Source of the DNA: an uncultured delta proteobacterium
GTDB lineage: Bacteria; Myxococcota; Myxococcia; Myxococcales; Myxococcaceae
Direction of reading: 5' to 3'
NCBI GenBank assembly: GCA_963776345.1
Contig: CAVZMH010000015.1
Span: forward strand, 256,001-320,000
Length of the DNA stretch: 64,000 nt
Below are positions 19,772 through 29,486 of the stretch, in pieces. Within the stretch, counting starts at the first letter, position 1; the number at the start of each line of letters is the position of its first letter. Made by a program: the position numbers and the translations under genes. The notes under the pieces are model-generated. The model was not told the origin of the DNA. It saw only the letters and a list, made by a program, of their open reading frames with translations, and made no database searches.

Positions 19772-20751
19772 CAGTGGCCTCCCTCGCGCGAGAAGTACTC
19801 GGGCTTCTTGTCGAAGCGGTGGTGGGCGTTCACGTAGCGGATGGTGCCGGTCTTGCTGCGCATCACCACTGACCAGGTCTCCGCCCCGCCGCCGAAGAAG
19901 CGCACCCCGCGCAGGAAGTCGCTCGAGGTCACTCCGGTGGCGGCGAACATCACCTCGCCCTGCGCCAGCTCCTCGGCGGTGTAGATCCGGTTCATGTCGG
20001 TGATGCCCATCTTCCGCGCCCGGACCACCTCCTCGTCGTTGCGCGGCTTGAGCCGGCCCTGCATGTCGCCTCCCACCGCCTTCACCGCCGCGGCGGTGAT
20101 CACCCCCTCGGGCGCGCCGCCGACGCCCATCAGCACGTCGACGCCGGTCTCGGGGAAGCAGGTGGCCACGCCGCCTGCGACGTCGCCGTCCTCGATCAGG
20201 CGGATGCGGGCGCCGACCGACCGCACCTCGCGGATGAGCAGCTCGTGGCGAGGCCGGTCGAGGATGACCACCGTCAGGTCGTTCATCTGGCGGCCGAGCG
20301 CCGCGGCGATGGACTGAAGGTTCTCGGTGGTGCTCTTGCGCAGATCGATGGCGCCGCGCGCCTGCGGCCCCACGGCCAGCTTCTCCATGTATGTATCGGG
20401 GGCGTTGAGCAGGTTCCCTCTCTCGGCCAGCGCTACCACCGCGATGGCGCCGGGACGCCCGTAGGCGCAGAGGTTGGTGCCCTCCAGCGGATCGAGGGCG
20501 ATGTCGATGCCGGGATCGTCGTGCTCCCAGCGCCCCACCTTCTCGCCGATGTAGAGCATGGGCGCCTCGTCGCGCTCGCCCTCGCCGATGACCACCGTGC
20601 CCTGGATCAGAAGGGTGTCGAAGGCCCGCCGCATGGCGTCCACCGCCGCCTGGTCCGAGAGGTTCTTCTCGCCTCGCCCCATCAGCCGCGCCGCGGCGAT
20701 CGCCGCCAGCTCGGTGACGCGCACCACTTCCAGCGCCAGGTTGCGGTCCAT
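19771..20751 (-). CDS. glpX: Class II fructose-1,6-bisphosphatase
   Basis: [40 protein letters not shown]. Confidence 0.97.
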   Translation of the reverse strand: MDRNLALEVVRVTELAAIAAARLMGRGEKNLSDQAAVDAMRRAFDTLLIQGTVVIGEGERDEAPMLYIGEKVGRWEHDDPGIDIALDPLEGTNLCAYGRPGAIAVVALAERGNLLNAPDTYMEKLAVGPQARGAIDLRKSTTENLQSIAAALGRQMNDLTVVILDRPRHELLIREVRSVGARIRLIEDGDVAGGVATCFPETGVDVLMGVGGAPEGVITAAAVKAVGGDMQGRLKPRNDEEVVRARKMGITDMNRIYTAEELAQGEVMFAATGVTSSDFLRGVRFFGGGAETWSVVMRSKTGTIRYVNAHHRFDKKPEYFSREGGH

Positions 20752-20852
20752 GGACGTCCTCCTCCCCCGTACGGCCCTGGACCGTACCGCGGCCCGTGGA
20801 GGGAGGCGACGGTTCCGGCGTTCCCTCCCGCGGGCCCGGTGCACTCCGGCCG

Positions 20853-21254
20853 TCAGGCGGTGGACGGCGAGGCGAGCGCGGCCACCCAGTCCGGCAGGCG
20901 GGCCGGCCGGCCGGTCTTCCCAAGGCAGGCGTGGACGGTGGTCCCGGTGCACAGCACCCCGGGCTCTCCCTCGCGGGTGACCTGGTAGCGGAAGCTGAGC
21001 GTCACCCGGGTCACCGCGGGGACCTCGATGCCCACCAGGAGCACGTCCTCGTAGCGCGCCGGTGCCACGTACCGGCAGGTGGCCTCGACCACCGGGAGGC
21101 CGAAGCCCTCGGCCTCCATCTCGCGGTAGCTGCGGCCGTGCGCGCGCAGGAACTCGCTCCGGGCGAACTCGAAGTAGCGGAGGTAGTTCGCGTAGTACAC
21201 GATCCCCATCTGGTCGGTGTCCCCGTAGATGACCCGCACCCGCGCCTGGAACAT
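20853..21254 (-). CDS. YbgC/FadM-family acyl-CoA thioesterase
   Basis: [23 protein letters not shown]. Confidence 0.92.
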   Translation of the reverse strand: MFQARVRVIYGDTDQMGIVYYANYLRYFEFARSEFLRAHGRSYREMEAEGFGLPVVEATCRYVAPARYEDVLLVGIEVPAVTRVTLSFRYQVTREGEPGVLCTGTTVHACLGKTGRPARLPDWVAALASPSTA

Positions 21255-21350
21255 CGTGCCCCTCCTGTCGGTGACGGTAGGCGCGGCGCCGCGGGCGGGA
21301 CAAGCGCCGCCCAGGGATCGACGCCGGGCGGCTACACTGCCCGGTCTCCG

Positions 21351-22967
21351 ATGACCCGCGCCCTCAGCCTCGCCCTGCTCCTGCTTGCTTCGCCCGCGCT
21401 CGCCAAGCCTCCCCGGTTGACGCTCTTCATCGCCGTGGACGCCCTGGGGACGGACCTGCTCCTCCGTTCCCGGGCCCAGCTCCATGCGGGGCTGGCCCAG
21501 CTCCTCGACAAGGGGGCGTTCTACCCGGACGTGCGCTACCAGCAGGGGCAGGTGGCCACCGCGCCGGGGCACACCGTGCTCTCCACCGGCGCCTACCCCT
21601 GGCGCACCGGCGTGGTCGGCAACCGGGTGATGGACCGCGCCACCGGCAAGGACGAGCCCGTCTTCTGGGACCCCACCCATCCGGTGCTCGAGGGCCCGGC
21701 CGGCGTGGAGGACGTCTCGCCCGAGGCGCTGCTCGCCGAGACGCTTTCCGACCACCTGAAGCTCTTCACCGGAGGCCGGGGCAAGGCCATCGCCCTCTCC
21801 GGCAAGGCGCGGGCGGCCATCGCGCTCGCCGGACGGCTGGGCCAGGCGTTCTGGTTCAACGAGCAGGTGGGCCGGTTCGTCACCGGGACGGCCTACATGA
21901 AGGAGCTCCCGGCGTGGCTCCGCACGTTCAACGACCGCCGCCTGCCGGACTCGGCGTTCGGCGTCGACTGGGGGCTGGCGCTCCCGAGCAAGGAGTACCT
22001 GGGCGAGGACGACCGGCCGTTCGAGTCACCCGCCTACGGGATGCGCCGGACCTTCCCCCACCCGCTCAACGGCGGCGCGCCCAGTCCCGGCCCGCCGTCG
22101 TACGCCGCGTTCGCCTCGTCGCCGGGCGCGAACGACCTCCTGGTGCAGGCGGCGAAGGCCGCCATCGTGGCCGAGGGCCTGGGCAAGGACGACGTGCCCG
22201 ACATCCTCTCCATCAGCTTCAGCGCCACCGACCTCATCTACCACCACTACGGCCCCTACTCCTGGGAGATGCAGGACGCGCTGGTGCGGCTGGACCGGCA
22301 GATCGGCGAGCTGCTCGTGGCGGCGGAGAAGGCGGCCGGCGGCCGCCAGAATCTCCTGGTGGTGCTCTCCTCGGACCACGGCGGCGCGGCACTCCCAGAG
22401 GAGTGGATCGCCGCCGGGGTGAACGCCACGCGGGTGAAGCCCTCGGTCCTGCGCCAGGGGCTCGCCCTGGAGCTCCAGACGCGCTTCGGGGCGCAGCTGC
22501 TGATGGGCATGGTGGACCGCGACGTGTTCCTCAACCCGAAGGTCCTGGCGGAGAAGAAGCTCGACGGGGCGGTGGTGCGCCGGGCCGCGGCCGACTGGCT
22601 GTCCCGCCAGCCCGGCATCGCGCTCGCCGTCTCGACCGACGACCTCGAGTCCGGCCAGGAGCTGAGCGGCTTCCTCCCCGCGCTCCGCCGGGGCCACTAC
22701 CCCGGCCGGAGCGGGGACGTGACCTTCCTCCTGCGGCCGTTCGCGGTCTTCACCGAGGGGGACGCCGGGACCACCCACGGCGAGCCCTACGCCTACGACA
22801 ACCAGGTGCCGCTGGTGCTCTACGGCAAGGGCGTGAAGCCGGGGCTCTACCGGATGCAGGTCCACGCCAGCGACGTCGCGCCCACCACCGCCCTCCTGAT
22901 GGAGATGGGCGCTCCGGCCTCGGCCGAGGGCGAGCCGCGCGCGGAGTGCATCGTCCAGGGGCGCTAG
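21351..22967 (+). CDS. Alkaline phosphatase superfamily protein (PafA-like)
   Basis: Signal peptide; IAVD, TAPGH..LSTG (Thr nucleophile), SFSATD..YH.YGP, SSDHG, THG.PY.YD..VPL. Confidence 0.9.
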   Translation: MTRALSLALLLLASPALAKPPRLTLFIAVDALGTDLLLRSRAQLHAGLAQLLDKGAFYPDVRYQQGQVATAPGHTVLSTGAYPWRTGVVGNRVMDRATGKDEPVFWDPTHPVLEGPAGVEDVSPEALLAETLSDHLKLFTGGRGKAIALSGKARAAIALAGRLGQAFWFNEQVGRFVTGTAYMKELPAWLRTFNDRRLPDSAFGVDWGLALPSKEYLGEDDRPFESPAYGMRRTFPHPLNGGAPSPGPPSYAAFASSPGANDLLVQAAKAAIVAEGLGKDDVPDILSISFSATDLIYHHYGPYSWEMQDALVRLDRQIGELLVAAEKAAGGRQNLLVVLSSDHGGAALPEEWIAAGVNATRVKPSVLRQGLALELQTRFGAQLLMGMVDRDVFLNPKVLAEKKLDGAVVRRAAADWLSRQPGIALAVSTDDLESGQELSGFLPALRRGHYPGRSGDVTFLLRPFAVFTEGDAGTTHGEPYAYDNQVPLVLYGKGVKPGLYRMQVHASDVAPTTALLMEMGAPASAEGEPRAECIVQGR

Positions 22968-23152
22968 GGCCGCCCGGAGATCTGCCGGCGGAGGTCGTCG
23001 TCCTTCTGGTTGCCGGTGGTGGTCGGCGGCTCGCTGGACTTGCCGGTCGACGGGTCGATGCAGCCTCCCGGGCCGGAGCCCCCGCCACACACGCGTGTGC
23101 TGGCACAGCCGGTCGAGAGCACGACGAGCATCCCCAGGACGATCGAGCGCAC
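22964..23152 (-). CDS. Small lipoprotein (62 aa)
   Basis: GTG after AGGAGG; MRSIVLGMLVVLSTGC lipobox; CGGGSGPGGC loop. Confidence 0.65.
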   Translation of the reverse strand: MRSIVLGMLVVLSTGCASTRVCGGGSGPGGCIDPSTGKSSEPPTTTGNQKDDDLRRQISGRP

Positions 23153-23279
23153 GGCGCTCCTCCTCTGCCGCCGGAGCTCCGGCCCCGGTCCACCCCGCGA
23201 GGTTAGCGCCGGCCGCGGCTCGCGCAGCGCCACCGGGAGATGCATGCAGCGAGCGGATCGATCGACGCCGCTGGCGGCG

Positions 23280-24116
23280 CTAGCGCTCGATGATCTCCAG
23301 CGACAGGTCCATCGCCCGCGCCGAATGGGTGAGCGCGCCCATGGAGACGAAGTCCACCCCCAGCTTCGCCAGCCGAGGCAGCCGCTCCAGCGTCACGTTC
23401 CCCGAGACCTCGAGCCGCACCTTCCCCGCCGCGAGCCGCACCGCCTCGGCCACCGTGGCGTCGTCCATGTTGTCCAGCAACACCACGTCCGCGCCGCCGG
23501 CGATCGCGTCGGGCAGCTGCTCGAGCCGGGTGACCTCGATCTCGATCTTCACCAGCTGGGGCGCCTGGGCCCGGGCGCGCCGGAGCGCCTCCCCCACGTC
23601 CCCGCCCACCGCGGCGAGGTGGTTGTCCTTGATCAGGACGCCATCGAAGAGGCCGAAGCGGTGGTTGGACGCGCCGCCCGCCCGGACCGCCTCCTTGGAG
23701 AGCGACCGCATCCCGGGACTGGTCTTGCGGGTATCGAGGATGCGGAGCCGCGAGCCGCGCACCGCGTCCGCCGCCTGCGCGGCGAGCGTGGCGATGCCAC
23801 AGGTCCGCTGGAGGATGTTCAGCGCGGTCCGCTCGCCGACCAGCAGCGTCCGCAGCCCGGCCGAGACGGTCCCGATGGCCGAGCGGCCCCCGATGCGCGC
23901 TCCGTCGGGGTGCGAGAAGCCCACCTCGGCCGAGGGCTCGAGCCGGGTGAAGACCCGGGCGAAGGCGCGCGTGCCCGCGAGGACCAGCGGCTCCTTCGCC
24001 CAGACCTCCGCCCGTCCCCGAGCCTCCTCGGGGACGAGCGCCTGGGTGGTGACGTCACCGGCCGCGCCCAGGTCCTCCTCCAGCGCCAGGTCGATCAGTC
24101 GGTCGACGAAGTCCAT
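23280..24116 (-). CDS. nadC: Quinolinate phosphoribosyltransferase
   Basis: ALEED, ERTALN, DTRKT.PG, HRFGL.D.VLIKDNH, LLDNM. Confidence 0.97.
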   Translation of the reverse strand: MDFVDRLIDLALEEDLGAAGDVTTQALVPEEARGRAEVWAKEPLVLAGTRAFARVFTRLEPSAEVGFSHPDGARIGGRSAIGTVSAGLRTLLVGERTALNILQRTCGIATLAAQAADAVRGSRLRILDTRKTSPGMRSLSKEAVRAGGASNHRFGLFDGVLIKDNHLAAVGGDVGEALRRARAQAPQLVKIEIEVTRLEQLPDAIAGGADVVLLDNMDDATVAEAVRLAAGKVRLEVSGNVTLERLPRLAKLGVDFVSMGALTHSARAMDLSLEIIER

Positions 24117-24156
24117 GGCCTGAGGAGACGTGGCACGCCGGCGCGCGACGGTGCGA

Positions 24157-24561
24157 CTAGCGCCGGGACCGGCGGCCGGCGCGCCTCGCCTTGCGGACGC
24201 CCCGGCGGACCGTCCGCCGGGCCTTGCCCGCGCCCTTGCGGGCCGTGCGGCGGGCCTTCCGCACACCCTTGCGAGCCGTGCGGCGGGCCTTCCGCGCGCC
24301 CCTGCGCCCGGAGCTCTTCTTCGCCGGCTTGCGGGCGGCCTTTCGCTTCGGCGCCGCCTTCTTCTTGCCGGCCGCCTTCCGCTTGGGCGCGGAGCGACGC
24401 GGGCGCGGAGCAGCGGGAGGCGCAGCCGGGGCAGCCGACTCGCCGCCGCCCATGCCCATCCCCATGCCGGTGCTCTCGGATGCGGGCGCGGCGGGCTGGC
24501 CGCCCATGCCTCCCATCCCGTACGACTGCTCCATCTCTTCCGGGGTTCTCTCCTCGGACAT
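24157..24561 (-). CDS. Histone H1-like basic protein
   Basis: ATG after GGAGGG; acidic/Met-Gly N-terminus followed by a K/R/A-rich tail with 11-aa repeats. Confidence 0.75.
   Translation of the reverse strand: MSEERTPEEMEQSYGMGGMGGQPAAPASESTGMGMGMGGGESAAPAAPPAAPRPRRSAPKRKAAGKKKAAPKRKAARKPAKKSSGRRGARKARRTARKGVRKARRTARKGAGKARRTVRRGVRKARRAGRRSRR
24170..24300 (-). repeat. About four 33-bp imperfect tandem repeats encoding xRKARRTARKG
   Basis: ARKARRTARKG / VRKARRTARKG / AGKARRTVRRG / VRKARRAGRRS. Confidence 0.8.
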
Positions 24562-24574
24562 CGTTCCCTCCAGG

Positions 24575-27331
24575 TCAGATCCGACTGAGGTTGTCCAACA
24601 GCTTGGCCCTCCGGGCCTCGAGCTCGATCACCCGGGCCCGATCCTTCTCCACCACGTCGGCCGGAGCCCGCGCGACAAAGCTCGGATTGTCCAGCTTTCG
24701 CCTCAAGGCTGCCAGATCCGACTCGACGCGGGCGATCTCTTTCCGCAGGCGCGCGCGTTCCTCGTCGAGATCCAGGAGCCCTGCCAGCGGAACGTAGACC
24801 GCCACTCCCTGTCCCACCCAGGACGCGGACGACGGCGGCGGCGCCCCCACCGGCTGCAGCACCAGCTCCGACAGCCCGGCCAGCGGCTCGAGGTACCCCC
24901 GCCAGCGCGCGAGGCCGGCGCGGAGCGCGGCGTCGTCGGTCTGCACCACCGCCCGAATCCTCTGGAGTGGCGGGAGGTTGCTCTCGCCCCGGACGTTGCG
25001 GATGCCGTCGATGACCGCGATGAGCGGGGCCATCTCCGCCTCGGCCGCGGGGTCCTCGGCGCCGGCCTCGGGGTAGGCGGCAAGCATCAGGAATGCGTCT
25101 TCCGGCACGCCCGGGAGCCGGTGCCAGATCTCCTCGGTGATGAAGGGGATGAAGGGGTGCAGGAGCCGCAGCACCCGGTCCAGCACGTGAATCAGCACCG
25201 CCCGGGTGGTGTCGCCCCGCTCGGCGTCGTCGCCCTGCAGGGCGGGCTTGGCGAGCTCGATGTACCAGTCACAGAACGCGTGCCAGGTGAACTGATAGGC
25301 CGCCGAGGCGGCCTCGGCGAACTCGTACCGGCCGAGCGCCTCGCTCACCTCGCGCGTCACCCGCTCGGTGCGCGAGAGGATCCACCGGTCGGCGAGCGTC
25401 AGCGGGCGCTGGGGCAAGGGCCGGCTCCCGGGATGGAAGTCGCCGAGGTACAGGAGCAGGAAGCGCGAGGCGTTCCACAGCTTGTTGGTGAATGCCTTGT
25501 AGCCGTTGACCCGATCGAGCGAGAGCTTGATGTCCCTCCCCTGCGCGGCCAGCGCCGCGAGCGTGTAACGCAGCGCGTCGGCGCCGAACGCCGGCATGCC
25601 CTGGGGGAACTTGTTGCGCAGGCTCGGGGGCAGGTCCTGCGGCTTCGCGCCGTGGATGACGTCGAGCGGGTCGACGACGTTCCCCTTCACCTTCGACATC
25701 TTCTCGCCCTTCTCGTCGCGCACCATCGCGTGCAGGTAGACGGCGCGGAAGGGCACGTCGCCCATGAAGTGGAGGCCCATCATCATCATCCGGGCCACCC
25801 AGAAGAACAGGATGTCGTGCCCGGTCTCGAGCACCGAGGTCGGGTAGAAGGTCCCGAGCTCGGGGGTGCGCTCGGGCCAGCCCAGCGTGCTGAACGGCCA
25901 CAGCGCCGAGCTGAACCAGGTGTCGAGCACGTCCGGATCCTGGGTCAGCGCCGAGCCGCGGCACGACGGACAGGAGGGGGGCCGAGTCCGCGCGACGATG
26001 GGCGTGCCCTTCTCGAGGTCGAGCGCGCCGGACGGCGTGCGCGGGGTGCAAGCGTCGCAGTACCAGGCGGGAATCTGGTGCCCCCACCACAGCTGGCGGC
26101 TCACGCACCAGTCCTGGATGTTGCGCATCCAGTGGAAGTAGGTGGCCCGCCACGTCTCGGGGAGGATCTGGGTGCGGCCCTGCTCCACCGCCTGGATGGC
26201 CGGCGTCGCCAGCGGCTCGATGCGCACGAACCACTGCGGGGACAGCCGCGGCTCGACGATGGTCCCGCTCCGCTGGCAGAGCCCGATGCTGAGCGCGTGC
26301 GGCTTCTCGGACACCAGCAGCCCGCGCGATTCGAGATCCGCGAGCACGCGCTCGCGGGCCTCGAACCGGTCCAGCCCGGCGTAGGGACCGGCGGCCTCGC
26401 TGGTCCGCGCCGCCTCGTCGAGAATGGAGATCATCTGCAGCTTGTGCCGCAGCCCGGTCTGGTAGTCGTTGAAGTCGTGGGCCGGGGTGACCTTCACCAC
26501 CCCGGTGCCGAACTCGGGGTCCACCAGGGTGGCGTCGGCGATGACCGGGATCTCCCGGTCCAGGAGCGGGAGAATGACCGTCTTGCCCACCAGGTCCCGG
26601 TAGCGCGGATCGTCCGGGTGCACCGCCACCGCGGTGTCCCCGAGCATCGTCTCTGGCCGGGTGGTGGCGACGGTCAGCGCGCGATCCTGCCCCTTCACCG
26701 GGTAGCGGATCTCCCAGATGGAGCCCTGGCGCTCCTCGTGCTCGACCTCGAGGTCGCTGAGCGCGGTCCGGCAGTCCGGGCACCAGTTGATGAGCCGGTT
26801 CGCGCGGTAGAGGAGCCCCTCCTCGTACAGCCGGACGAACACCTCGAGCACCGCGCGCGAGCTGCCCTCGTCCATGGTGAAGCGGGAGCGGCTCCAGTCG
26901 AGGCTCGCCCCGAGGTGCTCGTGCTGCTCCTGGATGCGCGCGCCGTAGCGCTCCTTCCACTCCCAGATGCGACGGACGAACTCGGCGCGGCCGAGGTCGT
27001 AGCGGGACTTATCCTCCGCCTTCTTCAGCTCGCGCTCGACCACCATCTGGGTGGCGATGCCGGCGTGGTCCACGCCCGGCTGCCAGAGCGTGTTGAACCC
27101 GCGCATCCGGTGCCAGCGCACGAGGATGTCCTCCAGCGTCGCGGTCAGCGCATGGCCGATGTGCAGCGAGCCGGTGACGTTGGGCGGCGGGAGGATGATG
27201 CAGTACGGCGGCTTGCTCGACGTGGCCTCGGCCCCGAAGCAGCCCGCATCTTCCCAGCGCCGGTACCAGCGCGCCTCCACCTCCGCAGGCTCGTAGGCCT
27301 TCGGAAGTCCCTCCTGATCGTCGTCCGACAT
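24575..27331 (-). CDS. valS: Valine--tRNA ligase
   Basis: PPPNVTGSLHIGH, DHAGIATQ, DWCVSRQLWWGH, KMSK, C-terminal coiled arm. Confidence 0.99.
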   Translation of the reverse strand: MSDDDQEGLPKAYEPAEVEARWYRRWEDAGCFGAEATSSKPPYCIILPPPNVTGSLHIGHALTATLEDILVRWHRMRGFNTLWQPGVDHAGIATQMVVERELKKAEDKSRYDLGRAEFVRRIWEWKERYGARIQEQHEHLGASLDWSRSRFTMDEGSSRAVLEVFVRLYEEGLLYRANRLINWCPDCRTALSDLEVEHEERQGSIWEIRYPVKGQDRALTVATTRPETMLGDTAVAVHPDDPRYRDLVGKTVILPLLDREIPVIADATLVDPEFGTGVVKVTPAHDFNDYQTGLRHKLQMISILDEAARTSEAAGPYAGLDRFEARERVLADLESRGLLVSEKPHALSIGLCQRSGTIVEPRLSPQWFVRIEPLATPAIQAVEQGRTQILPETWRATYFHWMRNIQDWCVSRQLWWGHQIPAWYCDACTPRTPSGALDLEKGTPIVARTRPPSCPSCRGSALTQDPDVLDTWFSSALWPFSTLGWPERTPELGTFYPTSVLETGHDILFFWVARMMMMGLHFMGDVPFRAVYLHAMVRDEKGEKMSKVKGNVVDPLDVIHGAKPQDLPPSLRNKFPQGMPAFGADALRYTLAALAAQGRDIKLSLDRVNGYKAFTNKLWNASRFLLLYLGDFHPGSRPLPQRPLTLADRWILSRTERVTREVSEALGRYEFAEAASAAYQFTWHAFCDWYIELAKPALQGDDAERGDTTRAVLIHVLDRVLRLLHPFIPFITEEIWHRLPGVPEDAFLMLAAYPEAGAEDPAAEAEMAPLIAVIDGIRNVRGESNLPPLQRIRAVVQTDDAALRAGLARWRGYLEPLAGLSELVLQPVGAPPPSSASWVGQGVAVYVPLAGLLDLDEERARLRKEIARVESDLAALRRKLDNPSFVARAPADVVEKDRARVIELEARRAKLLDNLSRI

Positions 27332-27350
27332 GCTCGTCTGGAGGGGGTGT

Positions 27351-28544
27351 TTAGCCTTTTCCGTCCCGCTCGCGCATGGTCCGCTCGGCGATTTCGCGCA
27401 CGATCGTCTCCGCGAGCTGGGGGACCACTTCCCAGGCGATCTTCTCGATGACCTCGCGCGAGGCCTTGCCCAGGGCCTCGCGGAGCTGGGCCTCGCCGCC
27501 GTCGGCGGCAGCCGCAGCCGGCTCGGTCCCGAGGTCGAGAGACATCTCCTCGGCGCCCGCCGGGGGGGCGATCTGCTGCTCCACCCGGTAGCCCCGGGAG
27601 GGCGCGGTGGCCGGGGCGGAGAGCCCGTAGGGGTCCCGGGCCCGGGCGGCGGTCGCCGGCGGCGCGGGGGTGGCCGGGACCGGCGGCAGCGGGGCCGCCC
27701 CGGGCGCGCGGGGGAAGCCGCCCGGCGCCATGGGAGCGGCGGGGCGGGCGAACCCGGACTGGGTGCCGAGCGGCGTCCCCGGACGGGTCAGCCCCGGAAC
27801 GGTTCCGCCGGTGAGCGGCTGCGCGGGCCGGGTCAGTCCCGTCGGCGCTCCTCCCGGCGGGCGGCCCATGGGCACTCCAGGCTGGGTGATGGGACGGGCG
27901 ACGGGCTGCGGTGCCGGCCTGGGCGCGCCCGCCATCGGCGTCGGCGCGGGGCCGGCGGGGCGGGGAACGCCGGCCGGTCCGGGCATCGGCTGGGGCACGC
28001 CGGCCGTGGGCGCGGTCCGCGATGCGCCGGCCGGGGAGAACGCCCCCGTCGCGGCCGGGCGCGGCGCCTGGGAGGCCATCGGCTGGCTGGGTCGCGGAAC
28101 GGTGGGCTGGGACGTCGTCGGGACGGGTGCCGCGGCGGCCATCGCCGGCCGCGGGGGCATCATCGGCTGACCCACGGGCAGACCGACCAGCGTGCGCACG
28201 CGGTCCAGGAAGGCCTGGCTCTCGAACGGCTTGGTGATGTGCGCGTCGGCGCGGGCGGCCCGGGCACGGGCCTCGTCGAACGGCTCGAAGTTCCCCGCGA
28301 GCAGGAGCACCGGGATGGACGCGGTGGAGGGGTCCGACTTCAGCGCCTCGCAGACCTCGTATCCGCTCCGGCCAGGCATCAGCACGTCGGCGACGACCAG
28401 ATCCGGTCGCATCTCTCGCGCGCGGGCAATGGCATCGATGCCGTTGTCCACCGAGGTCACTTGGAAATCCTCGAGCGCGAGCACCATCCCGATGACCTTG
28501 CGGACGGTGAGCGAGTCATCGGCGACGAGCAGGGTCTTCGGCAT
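27351..28544 (-). CDS. romR: Polarity response regulator RomR
   Basis: Receiver (ADDS, ADVLMP, TKPF), long Pro-rich linker, C-terminal ADGGEA.LREAL.KASREVIEKIAWEVVPQLAETI.RE tail; adjacent to valS. Confidence 0.9.
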   Translation of the reverse strand: MPKTLLVADDSLTVRKVIGMVLALEDFQVTSVDNGIDAIARAREMRPDLVVADVLMPGRSGYEVCEALKSDPSTASIPVLLLAGNFEPFDEARARAARADAHITKPFESQAFLDRVRTLVGLPVGQPMMPPRPAMAAAAPVPTTSQPTVPRPSQPMASQAPRPAATGAFSPAGASRTAPTAGVPQPMPGPAGVPRPAGPAPTPMAGAPRPAPQPVARPITQPGVPMGRPPGGAPTGLTRPAQPLTGGTVPGLTRPGTPLGTQSGFARPAAPMAPGGFPRAPGAAPLPPVPATPAPPATAARARDPYGLSAPATAPSRGYRVEQQIAPPAGAEEMSLDLGTEPAAAAADGGEAQLREALGKASREVIEKIAWEVVPQLAETIVREIAERTMRERDGKG

Positions 28545-28545
28545 G

Positions 28546-29412
28546 TCAGGCCGTGACATCTGAGGGGCCGCGCCTCGGCCCTGTCAAGTTCGACGCTCCC
28601 AGTAGCCGCGTGACGTCGGGCGCGAGCGCGATGCGCCCATCGGGCGTCCGCCAGCGCCCTGGCTCCTCGCCGGCGGCGAGCCCGTGCTCGATGCCCAGCA
28701 CCCGGGCCGCGCAGAGGGCGACCTGGATGCCGGCGAGCTCGAGCAGGACCACGTGCGACTCCACCGCCAGCTGGCGCCCGAGGAAGGCCGGGAGCGCGTA
28801 CACCGGCCAGAGCGCCCCGGCGTGGGCCAGCAGCCCGGCGATGACGCCCCCGGGCACCGGGAAGGGACAGAAGGCGGCCAGCACCGGGGAGATCTGCAGG
28901 ACATGGGCGAGCGGGACCGCGAACAGCGCGCCCCCGGACTCGAAGAGCAGCGCGTCCCCGGGCGGGCCCTCGAGCCAGGTGACGATGCGCGGCGGCGGCG
29001 GCGGCAGCATGCAGGTCTGCCCCAGCGTCTCGGCGCGGAGCTCGAGATAGACGCGCCCCTGGTGCTGCAGGGCCCCCCGGACCAGCGTCCCGATCTGCTG
29101 GGCGAGGTCCCGGCTGAGCTGGAAGTGGGGAGCGCCGGCGACGTCCGCCACCTCCGCACCTTCCCGCACGCGCACCGCCAGCGTGGGACTGGTGTCGAGC
29201 AGGACCGCGAGCCCGGGCCGCCGCTCGGGCGCGCCGCCCATGAGCACCGAGAGGTCCTCCAGGGGGAAGACGCCACGGACCGTGGCGCGGTCGGCGTCCG
29301 GGTCGGGCGGGGTCACCTCGAGCACCCGGGAGGCCTCGAGGGCGTAGCGCGCCGGCCCGGCCTCGAACAGGAGGGCGAGCCTCCGACCTCCGTCAGGACT
29401 GTGCGCAGCCAT
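28546..29412 (-). CDS. Tandem CheW-like domain protein upstream of romR
   Basis: Two LLFE.G...(Y/F)A.....V..I segments typical of CheW-like domains; 1 nt from romR start. Confidence 0.7.
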   Translation of the reverse strand: MAAHSPDGGRRLALLFEAGPARYALEASRVLEVTPPDPDADRATVRGVFPLEDLSVLMGGAPERRPGLAVLLDTSPTLAVRVREGAEVADVAGAPHFQLSRDLAQQIGTLVRGALQHQGRVYLELRAETLGQTCMLPPPPPRIVTWLEGPPGDALLFESGGALFAVPLAHVLQISPVLAAFCPFPVPGGVIAGLLAHAGALWPVYALPAFLGRQLAVESHVVLLELAGIQVALCAARVLGIEHGLAAGEEPGRWRTPDGRIALAPDVTRLLGASNLTGPRRGPSDVTA

Positions 29413-29486
29413 GTCGGGCCAGGAACACGAGGCTACCCCGAGCCGGCGAGATCCTGTCATGCTCGGGCGCGGCGCGAAGCTCCCAG

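Noticed and set aside
24191..27451. Long antisense ORFs over valS (similarly over groEL, ppk1, eno and the helicase)
   Set aside because: Mirror-frame ORFs expected from GC3 bias; no motifs or RBS.
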